DNA of 64,000 bases. Source: Calcarisporiella thermophila CBS 279.70 (Eukaryota; Fungi; Calcarisporiellomycota). Both the position numbers and the translations under genes were made by a program. The stretch is taken from positions 943,103 through 1,007,102 of the forward strand of contig NW_027192194.1 in NCBI RefSeq assembly GCF_041956535.1, given 5' to 3'. Positions 1-11,700 of the stretch are shown here, one piece after another (the stretch's first letter is position 1; each line of letters opens with the position of its first letter). The notes under the pieces were generated by a model that had not been told where the DNA came from, searched no databases, and was given only the letters and a program-made list of their open reading frames with translations.

Positions 1-2
1 GT

Positions 3-1214
3 GGTGGAGGAGGAAGCGGAGGGGGAAGTGGTGGTCGCGGTGGTAGCGGTAGTGGAGGAGGTGGTGGAGGCCGTGGTGGTGGTGGTGGTGGTGGTGGTGA
101 TGGAGGTGGAAGTGGAGGAAGAAATGGAAATGGTGGCAGAGGAGGAGGTGGTAGCGGTGGTAGTGGAGGAAAAGGAGGAAGTGGGGGTAGCGGCGGCAGC
201 GGTGGAAAGGGAGGCAGTGGCGGTAGCGGTGGTAGCGGTGGAAAGGGAGGCAGTGGCGGTAGTGGTGGGAGAGGAGGTGGTGGTGGTAGTGGCGGTGGCG
301 GCGGAAAAGGGGGTAGTGGCGGTAGCGGTGGAAGAGGAGGTAATAGTGATAGCGGTGGAAATGAGGATTGTCCTCCGGGAGATAATGGCAACAATAATGA
401 GGGAAACAATGGGTGTAGCAATCCATGTGACCAAGGGCCAAATAGTCAAAGCAATGAGGAGAATATGGGGTGTGATAATCCGTGTACCGATGGAGGCGGT
501 GGTAGTGGCGAAGAAGAACAGGGGAGCGAGGAGACTAGTGGAAGCAGGAGCGATACACAAAGTGGGGATGGAACCGGTGGAGGTGGGGGAGAAAATCAGA
601 GTGAAAGCAGTCGAGAAAGTCACCGGGAAAGCCATCGGGAGAGCCACCGGGAGAGCCATCGGGAGAGCCACCGGGAGAGCCACCGAGAATCTCACCGAGG
701 TAATCAAGGCAATCCACCGGGTGAAGGAGGAGAGGAAACGGGACAATCGGAAAGTTATGACGAGACTTTTAGTGAGCTTCCTGCCGGTTCCAATGATATG
801 AACGAGAGCCAAGAGGAAGAAACCGCCGAAATGCAATCATCTCCACAAAATTACCGCAAATCGCACCGCAAATCCCAACGTAAAACCCATCGAAAAAGCT
901 ACCGCAAAACCCATCGAACAAGCTACCGTAATACTAGGGGGGGACAAGGCCAAAATAGTACAGATGGAGAGCCCTATGATGAGTCAAGTGCACCCGGCCA
1001 AGACCTCACCAAGATACAAGATGAGAGTTTTAGCCAGCAATACACACACGAGGTCACCTATCTCCAGGCGCCCCAGGGCCAAGAGGCACTCCCAAAACGT
1101 GCTCTCGTAACTCGCCTCTCCAACATAAAGCAAGTAGAAGAGGAGTCAGCGAGGGCAAGAGAGAGCAGGGGAAATCCGCACCGGCACGACCGAGACCACC
1201 ACGGGTACAGATAG
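3..1214 (+). CDS. Gly/Ser-rich low-complexity repeat protein (5'-truncated by window edge)
   Basis: Frame 3 is open from position 3 to TAG at 1212-1214, in frame with ORF 465..1214. It reads GGSGG(K/R) repeats, two GCxNPC motifs, (RESH)7 and RK(S/T)(H/Q/Y) repeats. Synonymous third-position variation of the Gly codons supports this frame over the Val/Glu-rich frame 1. Confidence 0.8.
   Translation, partial: GGGGSGGGSGGRGGSGSGGGGGGRGGGGGGGGDGGGSGGRNGNGGRGGGGSGGSGGKGGSGGSGGSGGKGGSGGSGGSGGKGGSGGSGGRGGGGGSGGGGGKGGSGGSGGRGGNSDSGGNEDCPPGDNGNNNEGNNGCSNPCDQGPNSQSNEENMGCDNPCTDGGGGSGEEEQGSEETSGSRSDTQSGDGTGGGGGENQSESSRESHRESHRESHRESHRESHRESHRESHRGNQGNPPGEGGEETGQSESYDETFSELPAGSNDMNESQEEETAEMQSSPQNYRKSHRKSQRKTHRKSYRKTHRTSYRNTRGGQGQNSTDGEPYDESSAPGQDLTKIQDESFSQQYTHEVTYLQAPQGQEALPKRALVTRLSNIKQVEEESARARESRGNPHRHDRDHHGYR
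612..695 (+). repeat. 12-bp coding tandem repeat x7 encoding (RESH)7
   Basis: Seven CGN-GAR-(AGY/TCT)-CAY units with synonymous variation. Confidence 0.9.
855..926 (+). repeat. Degenerate 12-bp coding repeat x6 (RKSH/RKSQ/RKTH/RKSY/RKTH/RTSY)
   Basis: Tetrapeptide periodicity in the translation. Confidence 0.8.
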
Positions 1215-3231
1215 CCGCCATAATATCTGGAAATAATCATATCATTGTGTGAGAAATCTATTTTTATATACTTTTTTTTTAATATAAATTATTGTTTTTT
1301 TAGTCTTCTTGTTTATTGTTAATAAATTTCTATTTATGGATATTGAGAATCATTCCACGCTCCCTTTTCACAAAACATAAGTACCTATGGTAGGGCTGCA
1401 TACACTTTTGATTAGATGGTTAAGAAAATTGGAATAGCTACTCCAACTTCCTTGGTTGTTTCTAAGCACAAGCGGGTTCCTCGTCTCCCTCAACTGGCCC
1501 CTTTAATCTTGTTGATATATTTTCAAGAAAAAAAGTCGGCATTTAAGTTGCTACGAGTAAATAAGAGTTTCTAGCTAATTAGGTTTCTCGTTGAGCTCGC
1601 TTTGAACTGGTGGTGCTTTTTCAATGTTTCACTCAATGGTTGTATTATTATCAACTCAAATCGTCCTGGTAAAGTTTGTGTACGCCGTTGGATATTCGGA
1701 TGACCCAGCGTCATCTTGTAAGGGAAAAGCGTGGCTTTATATTAGGGAGGACGAGAAAAACGTGCAATAGTCCTTTATATTTACGAAGGCAACACATGAA
1801 AGAACTTGGGCTATATATGAACATATGAATCGGTAGGTTGGCTATTTCCGGTGAATGGGATGCATTTGTTAATGCATACTACTTGAGGCTACCCCCTGTG
1901 GCCTCTGGCGGCGGAAGTATTGCACTGGAAAATCCCGTTTTCTCCATTGATGACAAGACACTATCGCACGTGACAAATGGGTTAAGTTTTTCGATGAGTA
2001 GCCCGGTCTTGATCCAGTCCTGTTATTGCACTTGATTGCGCTTCGAATCCACCCCATGGTGCAAGAGAGGGGATGGGGGGCCATGGCGCCAAACGCTAGG
2101 TAACTCTGCGTGGATTTGGATTAGCACAGCACAAGTTTATGTAACTTGTTAAATAAGGGAGAGGAGGAGTGCTGTAATCACTGCGTTGGAAATCGAGAAG
2201 AAAAGGCTATGGGAGAGCTAAATGGTAGTGAAACCATGGCTATCCCCCATATCACACCTCCGCCTAATGGGGTGTATTTTCGGCAATTTCGGCCAAAGGG
2301 GGGTTCCTAATCACTGCATCTGCTCGCTCGCAACCCTCCCTCGACCGCAGCCGCTCAGAATATAGCCGGCCAAAAGCAGGAGCGGGCGGCGGCCAATCAG
2401 CAAGCATGGCTTGTATTTCTCCTATGTTATCTTTCAAATCGGGTGATGGTCAGGCTGTCGCCATCCCTCGCCTAAGATGCTGGTGGGGATTAAACCTACT
2501 CAGGTTGCAATAGCGGGTTTCACGTGTGTGTGGGAAAGTGACGATCGAATTCTTCTATTGGATGCACCTTGGCCTAATTTGGTGCCCCCTTACGAAGGGG
2601 ATGGGGAGGGGCTTTCGAGTACCTCATATGGCACCCATTTCCTGGCAAACTCAGAAAGGCAGCGCCGTGAAGCTGAGTGGTTTCCTAGGCCCGATGGTCG
2701 GCGTTTTTCTAAATCCGAAAATTGGATTCTCCTAGAAGCCGCTTATCACCACCGGCTGTTCGACGGGGAGGGCGGCTCTTCCTCATGCCTCCTCCGGGCT
2801 CAACCGGCGGAGGGGGGAGGCGGAAGGGGCATTAGCCTTAAGCTTCAAGGATAGCCTTTAGTTTCTGTAATGAACCGGTAATGAAGGGAATCCAAAGGGT
2901 GAGAAAACAATGAAGCCATTTTTGCGGAGAAGCCCAGGGCAATCTAATCACGCTGCAGAGTGTCAGGTTGGTGGCTCAGGGGGTTGGCTGTTTCGGCCAA
3001 CCATGTGGCAGCTCAGAGAGGCGAGGTGGCCTATCGCCAAGCGCCGTGATTTGTAACATAATTACTCGCCAATACAAGCAAGCTTCTTAAACTCCCAAAC
3101 TCTACCGTCACCCGTATCCCATCGGCCGAGGATGCTTATGCAGTGGCCCTCTCTCCTGGCCCGTACTACATTGCGCAGCCTCTGGCAAAGTGTGCAAACC
3201 TTATACCTCCGCCCTGAATGGACCCTTTATT

Positions 3232-3238
3232 TATAAAA
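3232..3238 (+). promoter_or_regulatory. Putative TATA box of the C2H2 TF gene
   Basis: TATAAAA followed by a CT-rich leader, about 220 bp upstream of ATG 3458. Confidence 0.45.
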
Positions 3239-3457
3239 CTCGTTTTCTCTTGTTACTCGTTTCTCCTCAGGCGGCTTTCTCTCCCCCCTTTTTCTATTCG
3301 CATTGTGGCCTTGGTTTTCTTTCGAATCCACAATCCCGCGGCATCAAGAGAAGCTTTCTTCCCCCCCTTCTTTCCTTCCCTCTTTTCTTCTCGCTTCCCG
3401 CCCAACATTGTCCCGCTGCCGCACTGGAAATCGCTGCACACCTCAAATTCCCCAAAA

Positions 3458-4347
3458 ATGATGCTTTCCACAAGCCTCTCCATCAAAACCGCTGACGGAA
3501 CGCGAGTCAGCCTACTGAATGACGAAATCCCATCATTCCCTCATGTTTACAACGGCAACAAAAATAGCCCTGACACCACAAATACCAAAAGAAGATACCC
3601 TTGCCATTACCCAGGCTGTGGAAAAAGCTTTACTACAAGGTACCTGATGATTGCTTGGCCCATCTTTAAACAAACAAAGACTATATTTAGTGTGCCTGGC
3701 TCTTTTTTGATAGCGGCCATCTTGCACGCCACAACCGGATACACACCGGGGAGAAAAACTTCTCCTGCCCTGTGTCAGGCTGTAACTCTCGCTTCAGTCG
3801 CCAGGACAACATGCTTCAGCACATGCGAACGCATTTGACCGTCAAGCGCCGGGGACGCTCGCGTACCGCAAACTATGGCTTCAGCCATCCAAGCGGGCTT
3901 CTAGAATACAGCCCTACCGAGTGGAGACAGCAATCCGTTGGCCCTGAGGCGCACCACGGATATGGGAACCCGCAGCCGCCTTCGCAGCAGACGCATTCTT
4001 ATCTTCAGAGACAAGAGAGCGCTCCCCTTCTTCCTGCTTGCGCTCCCTCTGAAAGGGTGATTTCGGCTCTTCCCTCGGCCGGCACTCGGGAATTGCCATC
4101 TCCCTTTCCACAAGCTAGTAGACCGATGAGTCATAATTACCCACTCACTGCGCATCTTCCACATCATTCTCACTTTACAAGTCCCCCTCCAGTTGGCCAG
4201 GAAAACGTCCCAAAGTCCTATCCTATGGCACCCTCCTATGGCCCCTGGGATTCCATAGCCGGGAGTAGGCACAGCAAAGCGAGGAGCCAGAGCGAGGAGT
4301 GCCCTAGGCTGGCTGATTTTGCAGACGTGGTTACTGCCCTAGGTTGA
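3458..4347 (+). CDS. Two-finger C2H2 zinc-finger transcription factor, Nrg1/Nrg2-like
   Basis: Exons 3458-3639 and 3714-4347 (intron gtacct..tag). Spliced: [57 protein letters not shown]. The TTSGHLARH and FSRQDN helices are typical of Nrg1-type factors. Confidence 0.88.
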
Positions 4348-4675
4348 CCTATTTTTATTTCCCGCATATCCCTATGTTATTTTTATATTATATCCACGCC
4401 TCACTTTATTTATCCCCCTTTTTATCATAGATTAACATTGTTTTTATATTATGTTTGTTTAGTGATCTGTATATGTACTCTATTTCTTCAACATAGCAAA
4501 GCCCCCTCTATACTCTCCATTGATCCATAAATAAAATTTGCTGAATAATATACCTCTAATGTGTAAACTGGATCGATGTGAATCAGAAGGCATAAACTTA
4601 GGTGGGGTGGGTCTATAGGTTTGGCTTTCTTCTTCACATTTTGAGCCCATGTTCTAGATCGAACAACGTTAAAGT

Positions 4676-5867
4676 ATGATCCTAATTGATGGGAGAAAAT
4701 ATGCATGTTCGTCTTGTATAAAGGTAATCATTCCGCTCCTACTTCTTTTGATCTCCTCTTCCGCTTTTGATCTCTCACCTTGGGTTCTACTTTTACTTTT
4801 TCTAATCTTTGGAATTTTCCGTTGCTAGGGTCATCGCGCTTCCCACTGTCACCATAAAGACCGAGAGCTCTTTGAGATTTTCCGCAAAGGTCGTCCAATC
4901 ACTCAATGTTCATACTGCAGAGAACGGCGAAAAACTAATCGAGTTCATATTAAATGCGTGTGTAGATGCGAAAAGGCTACTATTCGTAAATATCCATGTT
5001 GATAGATTGGTATTGGTATATTCATTTTTTTTAACTATTCTCTTCTTATTAGCAAAATGCAATTGCGGAGTAGGGGCAGAATGTCTATGTTGTCTACCTA
5101 GTAGAGGGAAATCCGATCCGTTCATATCTCAAAATGAATCTGTTGCTGCTCTTTATAACTCCGAGAATAACGGTCCTCCCCAGAAGGAGACAACTAAGAA
5201 AATAAAAGCCCCTTCAGTAGACGATGCCATTTCTACGATTCCAAATCAAGGATTCGAGCCATCACATCAGCCATCTCTGCTCAATCCTGAATCGTCGTCT
5301 GTCCCTCACACTTCAATTTCTGCGAATCCCGGATCAAGCAATAGACCGCGTGGTTGTTGTGCGAAGGGCGCTCGAGCCGTAGTGAACGGCATCCAGAGTA
5401 ACTCGGGTATTGCCGGTGCACACCAGCCTATTTCGTCCGGGGCCTCTTCAATGAGTTTGCCACCTCCTTCAAAGGACACGCCAGAGTTATCAGACCCAAC
5501 GAATGTTGTAATGGATATACCTGGAGCAGAGGTTCCGATGGAGCTCCCGAGCGATCGGGTAAGCACGCAAAATCTCGGCCAATTTCCGCCCGAACTTGCC
5601 AGCACCCTCTCCGAAGTTCTCTACAACAATAGCCTCTTGGAAGAGCCTAACCACAAAGTGCTCTTAGAGCTTTTCCAGGCCTCCCAAATCCAGGATCAAC
5701 CCGCCTTAATGCGAAGCTGTCCGGCCATCATCCCGGATATAAGCTGCGCCTCTGCGGTATCCGGTCAGGAGGCATGTACGTGCGGGGAGGTATGCTACTG
5801 CCTTGGGTGTGGGTTGATGGATGACCTAACGGGCACTATGGGAAAGTGCTGCTCCGCCCTAGAATAG
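4676..5867 (+). CDS. Copper-fist (Ace1/Mac1/Cuf1 family) copper-responsive transcription factor
   Basis: Exons 4676-4723, 4829-4985, 5052-5867. N-terminus MILIDGRKYACSSCIKGHRASHCHHKDRELFEIFRKGRPITQCSYCRERRK is a copper-fist domain with the KGRP motif. C-terminal Cys cluster CTCGEVCYCLGC. Confidence 0.92.
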
Positions 5868-6116
5868 GAATTTCTGTATAATAGGAAGATATGTATACAC
5901 ATTGATACATTTATATACATTGCCATTTTGATTTTTTCATCTTTCATCTTTATTGTTTATTTTTATTTTTCCTCGACGCTGTTGTACTCTAATGAATCCT
6001 CTCAAACTTTTTTTTTGGCGCAGCAGCCCTCCTGGAATCCAGTTTGAATTTCTACTGTAAATTTCTGACATAAACCAGGTAATTTCGTGAGATAGTGGAA
6101 GAAAAATTATTTGACC

Positions 6117-6415
6117 ATGATCAACAGAGCTCCAGCAATTCCACTGCGTGCTTACGGTATCACCTTTGGAATTGGAGTAGTGATGGGGGGATTAATTGAG
6201 TATGGGCTTATCAAGGCAAATTATTGTAAGCATTCTTTACACGTGTGATATTTCGACGCTTAATTAACCATGGTTGCAAATGTAATTCTTTGGGATCTGA
6301 ATTAGATGATATGTTGACGGCATACGAGGCCAAACAACGCGCGAAGGAATTGGAGGACTTCGAAGAAGGAAAGCAGCGGATTGAGAAGATGAAGGCCAAT
6401 AATAGCCAAGAGTAA
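6117..6415 (+). CDS. 72-aa single-pass membrane microprotein, possibly SMIM4/UQCC5 (UPF0640)-like
   Basis: Exons 6117-6225 and 6306-6415 (gtaagc..ttag) give MINRAPAIPLRAYGITFGIGVVMGGLIEYGLIKANYYDMLTAYEAKQRAKELEDFEEGKQRIEKMKANNSQE*. Not in the ORF track. Confidence 0.7.
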
Positions 6416-6675
6416 GCACTCAACCGGAGAATGGGTGTCAGACATTCTTCCACGGAGGAAGCGAACACGACTTATTCTTCTTCTCTGGGGCGGTGGGCGA
6501 AATTTTTGATGGCTCGAGCCGAATTAGTCTGGCTCCTTTATAGACGTTTTCTTTTGTATATTTCCTTTTGCTTCATTTTGCCATATCATGACAGTGAATA
6601 AAACTCGGTACATATTTTCACTCCAAATTTTCTTCCGAGTCACAGTATCAATTTATTCACTTGATATTCTACGAA

Positions 6676-6957
6676 ATGGCCAAAGACAATCCTAACCATG
6701 TAGAATTCGCGGACAGCGAACTGGATGTGAACGCTTTATTGCGAGAAGTAGCTCAGGCCGATGGAATGCTTAACGATCTCGACGCACGTTTAGATACATT
6801 TAACAGCAAACTGAACGAGTTGCTCATGGCATTTGGGGAGAAATCGGAAGATGATAAATCGAAAAGCGCTGCACAACCAGACACAGAGCTGGAAACAGAC
6901 AAGAGGGAGAATGAAGGCGCGCTAGAGGAAAATTCCGCAGAGAATCCAAGTGCATAA
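6676..6957 (+). CDS. Small acidic coiled-coil protein of unknown function (93 aa)
   Basis: Single ORF from ATG 6676. Heptad-like LDVNALLREVAQADGMLNDLDARLDTFNSKLNELL followed by an acidic tail. Confidence 0.65.
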   Translation: MAKDNPNHVEFADSELDVNALLREVAQADGMLNDLDARLDTFNSKLNELLMAFGEKSEDDKSKSAAQPDTELETDKRENEGALEENSAENPSA

Positions 6958-7171
6958 TCATATATACAATGTATATTTATAATTTATTTTCACGGATTTA
7001 GCTTCAGGGGTAGGAGTCGATCCTCTTTGCGCCTCCTGCCTTGTTATACTTTCATAAATCCAAGGCTGTAACATGGTCGGCATGTGATTAAATAAGGAAC
7101 GCATTTTTTGATTCCCATGACAAAATACAAATGAAATTAAGCTGTAAATCAGAGAGTCAAATAAAAGGTTG

Positions 7172-8590
7172 CTAGGTTGCTTCCACTGCACGGTGTTTGA
7201 CCCCACGCCCCTTCTTCTTTACCCCTCTACTTATACCCACGCTCTTGGTTTCCATTCTTACAAATGAAACTCTTCCTTGGTCAGCAGTCGCGAATATCAC
7301 AGGCGTTCCAGATCTCCCGTGGTCCCCCTGTTCCCATGGTTGGCTCTCAAGTAACTCTAGCTCCATTGGGGTGGGCAATAAGTTGTGCATACCACCGAGT
7401 ACTACTACCACACGGAATGCAGGTTGGCCAGGACTAGACTTGCGGAAGGAGGGGCGCGGTTTGTAAACATAGTAATCCACGGCATCAAATGGATCAAATG
7501 TAGGATCCAGCCCCGTGCGGGGTACTGAGGGGATGATATTGATGCGTGAATATACTTCATCGTAACTTGCACATGAACCTGGAGAGACAAGGGGGCGAAT
7601 TCCTCGAGGTTTTAGGTGCAGATGTGATTGCATAAATCGGAAGAGACAAGAGAAGGCTCGCCCCAGAACCATCAATGCTTTCTTTAGAACGCGGTAAAAA
7701 ATATTAAGTGTGGATGTACCATCTAGAGGAGCATGAATTAGTACTCGCGTTATTAAGCATTTTCCCACCATTATGGCAAATTGCTTAAAAATTAAAACGA
7801 TTACCCTTTTTTATCTGCGGAGATGAAGATACTTGAGCATCAGGTGAAGGATCGGAAAGAAGAGATGGATGTGGTCGAAAAACATTGAACCCACACCGTT
7901 TCAAGTGCGCGAACACCTACCGGTTATTATGCAATTAAACGGGCGCAATGAACAGATAGAAATGGATAGCTTCACATTTCATACTTGATACTTCTCAAGT
8001 GGTAGGATGTTGTCACCGAATATTGTCGCATAGGCCTGCTGTACTGACATGTATGACTCACCGCAGCCATATTTTACTAGGAGACTTCCTCGCTCGACAA
8101 GAAAGAGCATCTCCTCTGGAAGTAGCATCATTTTTCCCTGGTGATAGGTTCTCCCCATTGTATTGGCCCAATTTCCCCGTGGAACCTCAACACAAGCTAA
8201 CTGTTGGTCAGAATCCCAAGTTGCAATCGCGAACTCTGTTCTATACCCAAAAGAAATTGAGTGTCCATTCATTCGCAAGCAACAGATGGTGTACCTTTTT
8301 CGCGTCCTTTCTTCTTGAAGAACCTCATAAAAGGCCTGCCTTGCGGCAAGAACTTGATTGTGCTGGCGCTCAGAGCCATCAGGCGCCTCTTCTTTCTCTC
8401 CTAGTCGTGGGATGGTGGAAGTATTTTTAGAATTTTTTCCTTTGCTAATGGAATCGTTATCAATGAATATCGCCATTATTAGCCACTTAAGAATAAAAAC
8501 TACTCACCGTGAGGAGAGTAGAGCCCTGTAGTCGGGATAGTGCTCGTCTTCCTCGTCCAGCTCCGCGCTATGCATTTCTTTTTTCTCCAT
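7172..8590 (-). CDS. SEN54: tRNA-splicing endonuclease subunit Sen54
   Basis: Multi-exon. Starts MEKKEMHSAELDEEDEHYPDYRAL; contains LLPEEMLFLVERGSL, YQVFAHLKRCGFNV and YYVYKPRPSFRKSSPGQPAFRVVV, all Sen54 motifs. Confidence 0.88.
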
Positions 8591-8748
8591 TAAAAATCTT
8601 CATAAATATATATTATGTAGATGACAGAGTTCAATCTTTCAAAATGAAATTTGTACATGCTAATTTGCGGTCACATTTCGCCGTCCGATGTAAATAAATA
8701 GGCTTAAATGAAAACGACTTTGCCGTCCACCCGATCTTCCTCATCACT

Positions 8749-11700
8749 ATGGGAAAGAAGAAACAAGGATATAATGCCAAAGCACGGCAGTCTATAAGAA
8801 ATCTAGGCAAATCAAATCCCAATGCGTGGGATGATACAGTTGCGGTCGCTACGCCTGAAGCGAATGCTGAGGTCGACATGAATCTCGAGAGGTGAGTTGG
8901 AAGTTTCTCCCTAAACAGCTGCATGGTATCCAAAGTATCTCTTCTTGGCTAATCTATAAAATGAATATCTTAAATTTCAGCTCCTCCGATCCAAATGCAT
9001 TTATGATTATACCCGAGACGAAGGAGGAGAAAGAGCGCCGCAAAGAGGAATTAAGACAGCAGCTACGAGAGCAACAGCCGGAAATGTCTCAAAAGAAGAA
9101 GAAGAGGCTAGAAAAATACATTGTATGTGAAGTTAATAAGACTGGAATCCACGGATAGTATTTTGAAATGGTATTATTGATGTTCGTAGGAGAAAAAATT
9201 GAAAAAAGAAGAGCGCGTCGTTCTCTTCGAAAAATTATCGTAAGCTATTTCAAAATTAACACGCATCTTCTATTTGAAGTGGTTCTAGCTGCACACTTTA
9301 CCCTTTCCTTCTATCTCGTAGGAAGTCGGCGTGGTCATCCGAATTGATGAAATCATCCAAAGAAATAGGTCGCCCGGTATGATATTCAGCCCTGATTATA
9401 TGTTTAGAATTCCAATGAATAACGGATCTTCTCTCATATTGAATAGAAAGAGACTATGCGCGAAAAGCTACGTCGAGCTGTGAATGAGCAGAAATCCGGC
9501 CTACCTCTTTCTAATCCCGATGTCCCGCTCTTCAAAGAGGTTGAAGTATCATCGTTAGATAATGATGAACAAATGGATGAAGAAGATGAGGTTGAAAAGA
9601 TTTCAAAGGGATCTTCACTAGACGAACGGAATATTGCGTCAAAAAAAGTAGAGGCGGAAAAGAAAGCTGGTGAACCTGCAAAAGAAGATATTCCGTCGGT
9701 CATAGTTGGCGGAGCCCTGAAACGCAAAGCGGACGGCCTTCCCGTTCCTCTTGTGAAAAAGAAGAAGAAGAAGAAGAAGGTTACTTTTTTTTTTATCGAA
9801 ATAACAGCCAAAATCATTGCTGATTATGACTGATATTAATATAGTCAACTATCCCGGCCGCAGTGCGAGCAAGATTCCATAAACCTCGGCCAGAGGAGCT
9901 GTTAGGGGAAAGTGATGAAGATGAGGATAAGAGGCATGAGAGTGAGGTGGAGAGCGATGACTCTTTCGATAGCTCGAATTCTGAGTATGATACCGATAAA
10001 GAGGAGATGAAAGAAGATGAAGAAGAAGCAAAATCAACAGAACACGAGGAAACACGGAAAAAAGAAATGGAGAGCGATGCAGATGGCATTAAAATCACTG
10101 AAAACAAGGGCGGCAGCTTAGCGGAAATGGCTGCAATGGCCAGCAAGCCCGCTGCTGCTCCTCCCACTCCTTCGAAAACGGAAATGGAAAAGCCCAAAAC
10201 AGTGTCGCTATCCACTCCCACGAACTCCACATCAGAAGAACCTACGGTGCCGAAGAAAACTGTAAATTTTTCCTGGTTTCCTGGTGCAAATTCGGGTGTA
10301 GGAGTTATTATTGACTTTGATTTCATTATGCTCTATCCAGAAATTCTATGTCACTGTTAATCGCCCACCGGAGCTTCAGGAAGCGAGGTTGAAACTTCCC
10401 GTTTGTGGAGAAGAACAGGTAGGCGAGATTGCCGTATTCTATATTGCTAGATTAACTAATCAAATAATATCAGGTCATCATGGATGCAATCACCCATAAT
10501 CCAGTGGTGATTATCTGTGGTGAGACTGGGTCCGGCAAAACGACGCAGGTGCCTCAGTTCTTATACGAAGCAGGTTATGGTCACGCCGGGAGTGGTAAAT
10601 TCCTTGTTGTAGCGGCCGTAGTCCGAAGCAGAATTACTTATATAAATCTCTCCCTCTCTAGACAACCCTGGTATGGTTGGTATTACCCAACCGCGTCGTG
10701 TGGCTGCCGTCAGTATGGCCAAACGTGTTGCTCAGGAACTTGGGGTCACAGAAGAGACAGTTTCCCACCAGATTCGTTATGACACCACTGTATCTCCAGA
10801 CACCAAGATTAAGTTCATGACAGATGGTGTACTACTTCGTGAACTCGCCACGGATTTCCTTCTTTCGCGCTATTCGGCTATCATTATTGATGAAGCCCAC
10901 GAGAGAAGTCTTAATACTGATATCCTGATTGGAGTAGTCAGTCGAGTTCTACGGTTGAGGGAGGAAATGAGTAAAGAGAACCCTGAAAAGGTCAAGGTAT
11001 GCCTGAATCTCCGAATTTTATGTGTGCACATATATTTTTTTCTTCTTTACTCCTGTGGCTAACAACGTCTGAAAAGCCCTTGCGAATTATCATCATGTCT
11101 GCTACGCTACGCGTTGAGGACTTCACTTCAAATCGAACCTTGTTTGATACACCACCGCCAATCCTCAAAGTCGATGCAAGACAGTATCCTGTGAGTAACG
11201 AATGAGTTATCCTGCTCTATCCCGCCTATTTCTTTGAATACATAGTGCAGTTGCTAACCACGACTTTCTCTGTCTCCCCCTCAAGGTAACCATGCATTTT
11301 AATAAGCGAACTCAGGCAGACTATGTTACCGAGGCCTTCAGAAAAGTCTGCAAAATTCACGCAAGGCTACCTGCTGGAGGAATTCTTGTGTTTCTCACTG
11401 GGCAAAACGAGATTTCGGTACTCTGCAAAAAGCTGCGCAAACGCTATCCAATGCCGCAGGATGATAAAAAGACCAATCTGAAGCAGAGCAAAAAGGACGA
11501 AGACATAGAGAAAAAGAGCGAAAAAGTTAATCCACGAAATAGTTAGTAATAACTGGTACACAGATTTACCCTGGCCGAGCTCTGACCTTGATTCCCCTCT
11601 CTTAATTAGCTGATGTGGAATTGGAGGAATTGGCAATTGGAGAAAACGAAGATTTCGAAGATTTTGATTCGGATGAATCCGATGTTGACATTCAACCCTC

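Noticed and set aside
1-801. 266-aa Val/Glu/Ala-rich ORF in frame 1
   Set aside because: Shadow frame of the Gly-rich CDS; codon wobble pattern supports frame 3.
1838-2854. Short ORFs upstream of the C2H2 gene
   Set aside because: No recognisable motifs or consistent exon structure; better explained as promoter sequence.
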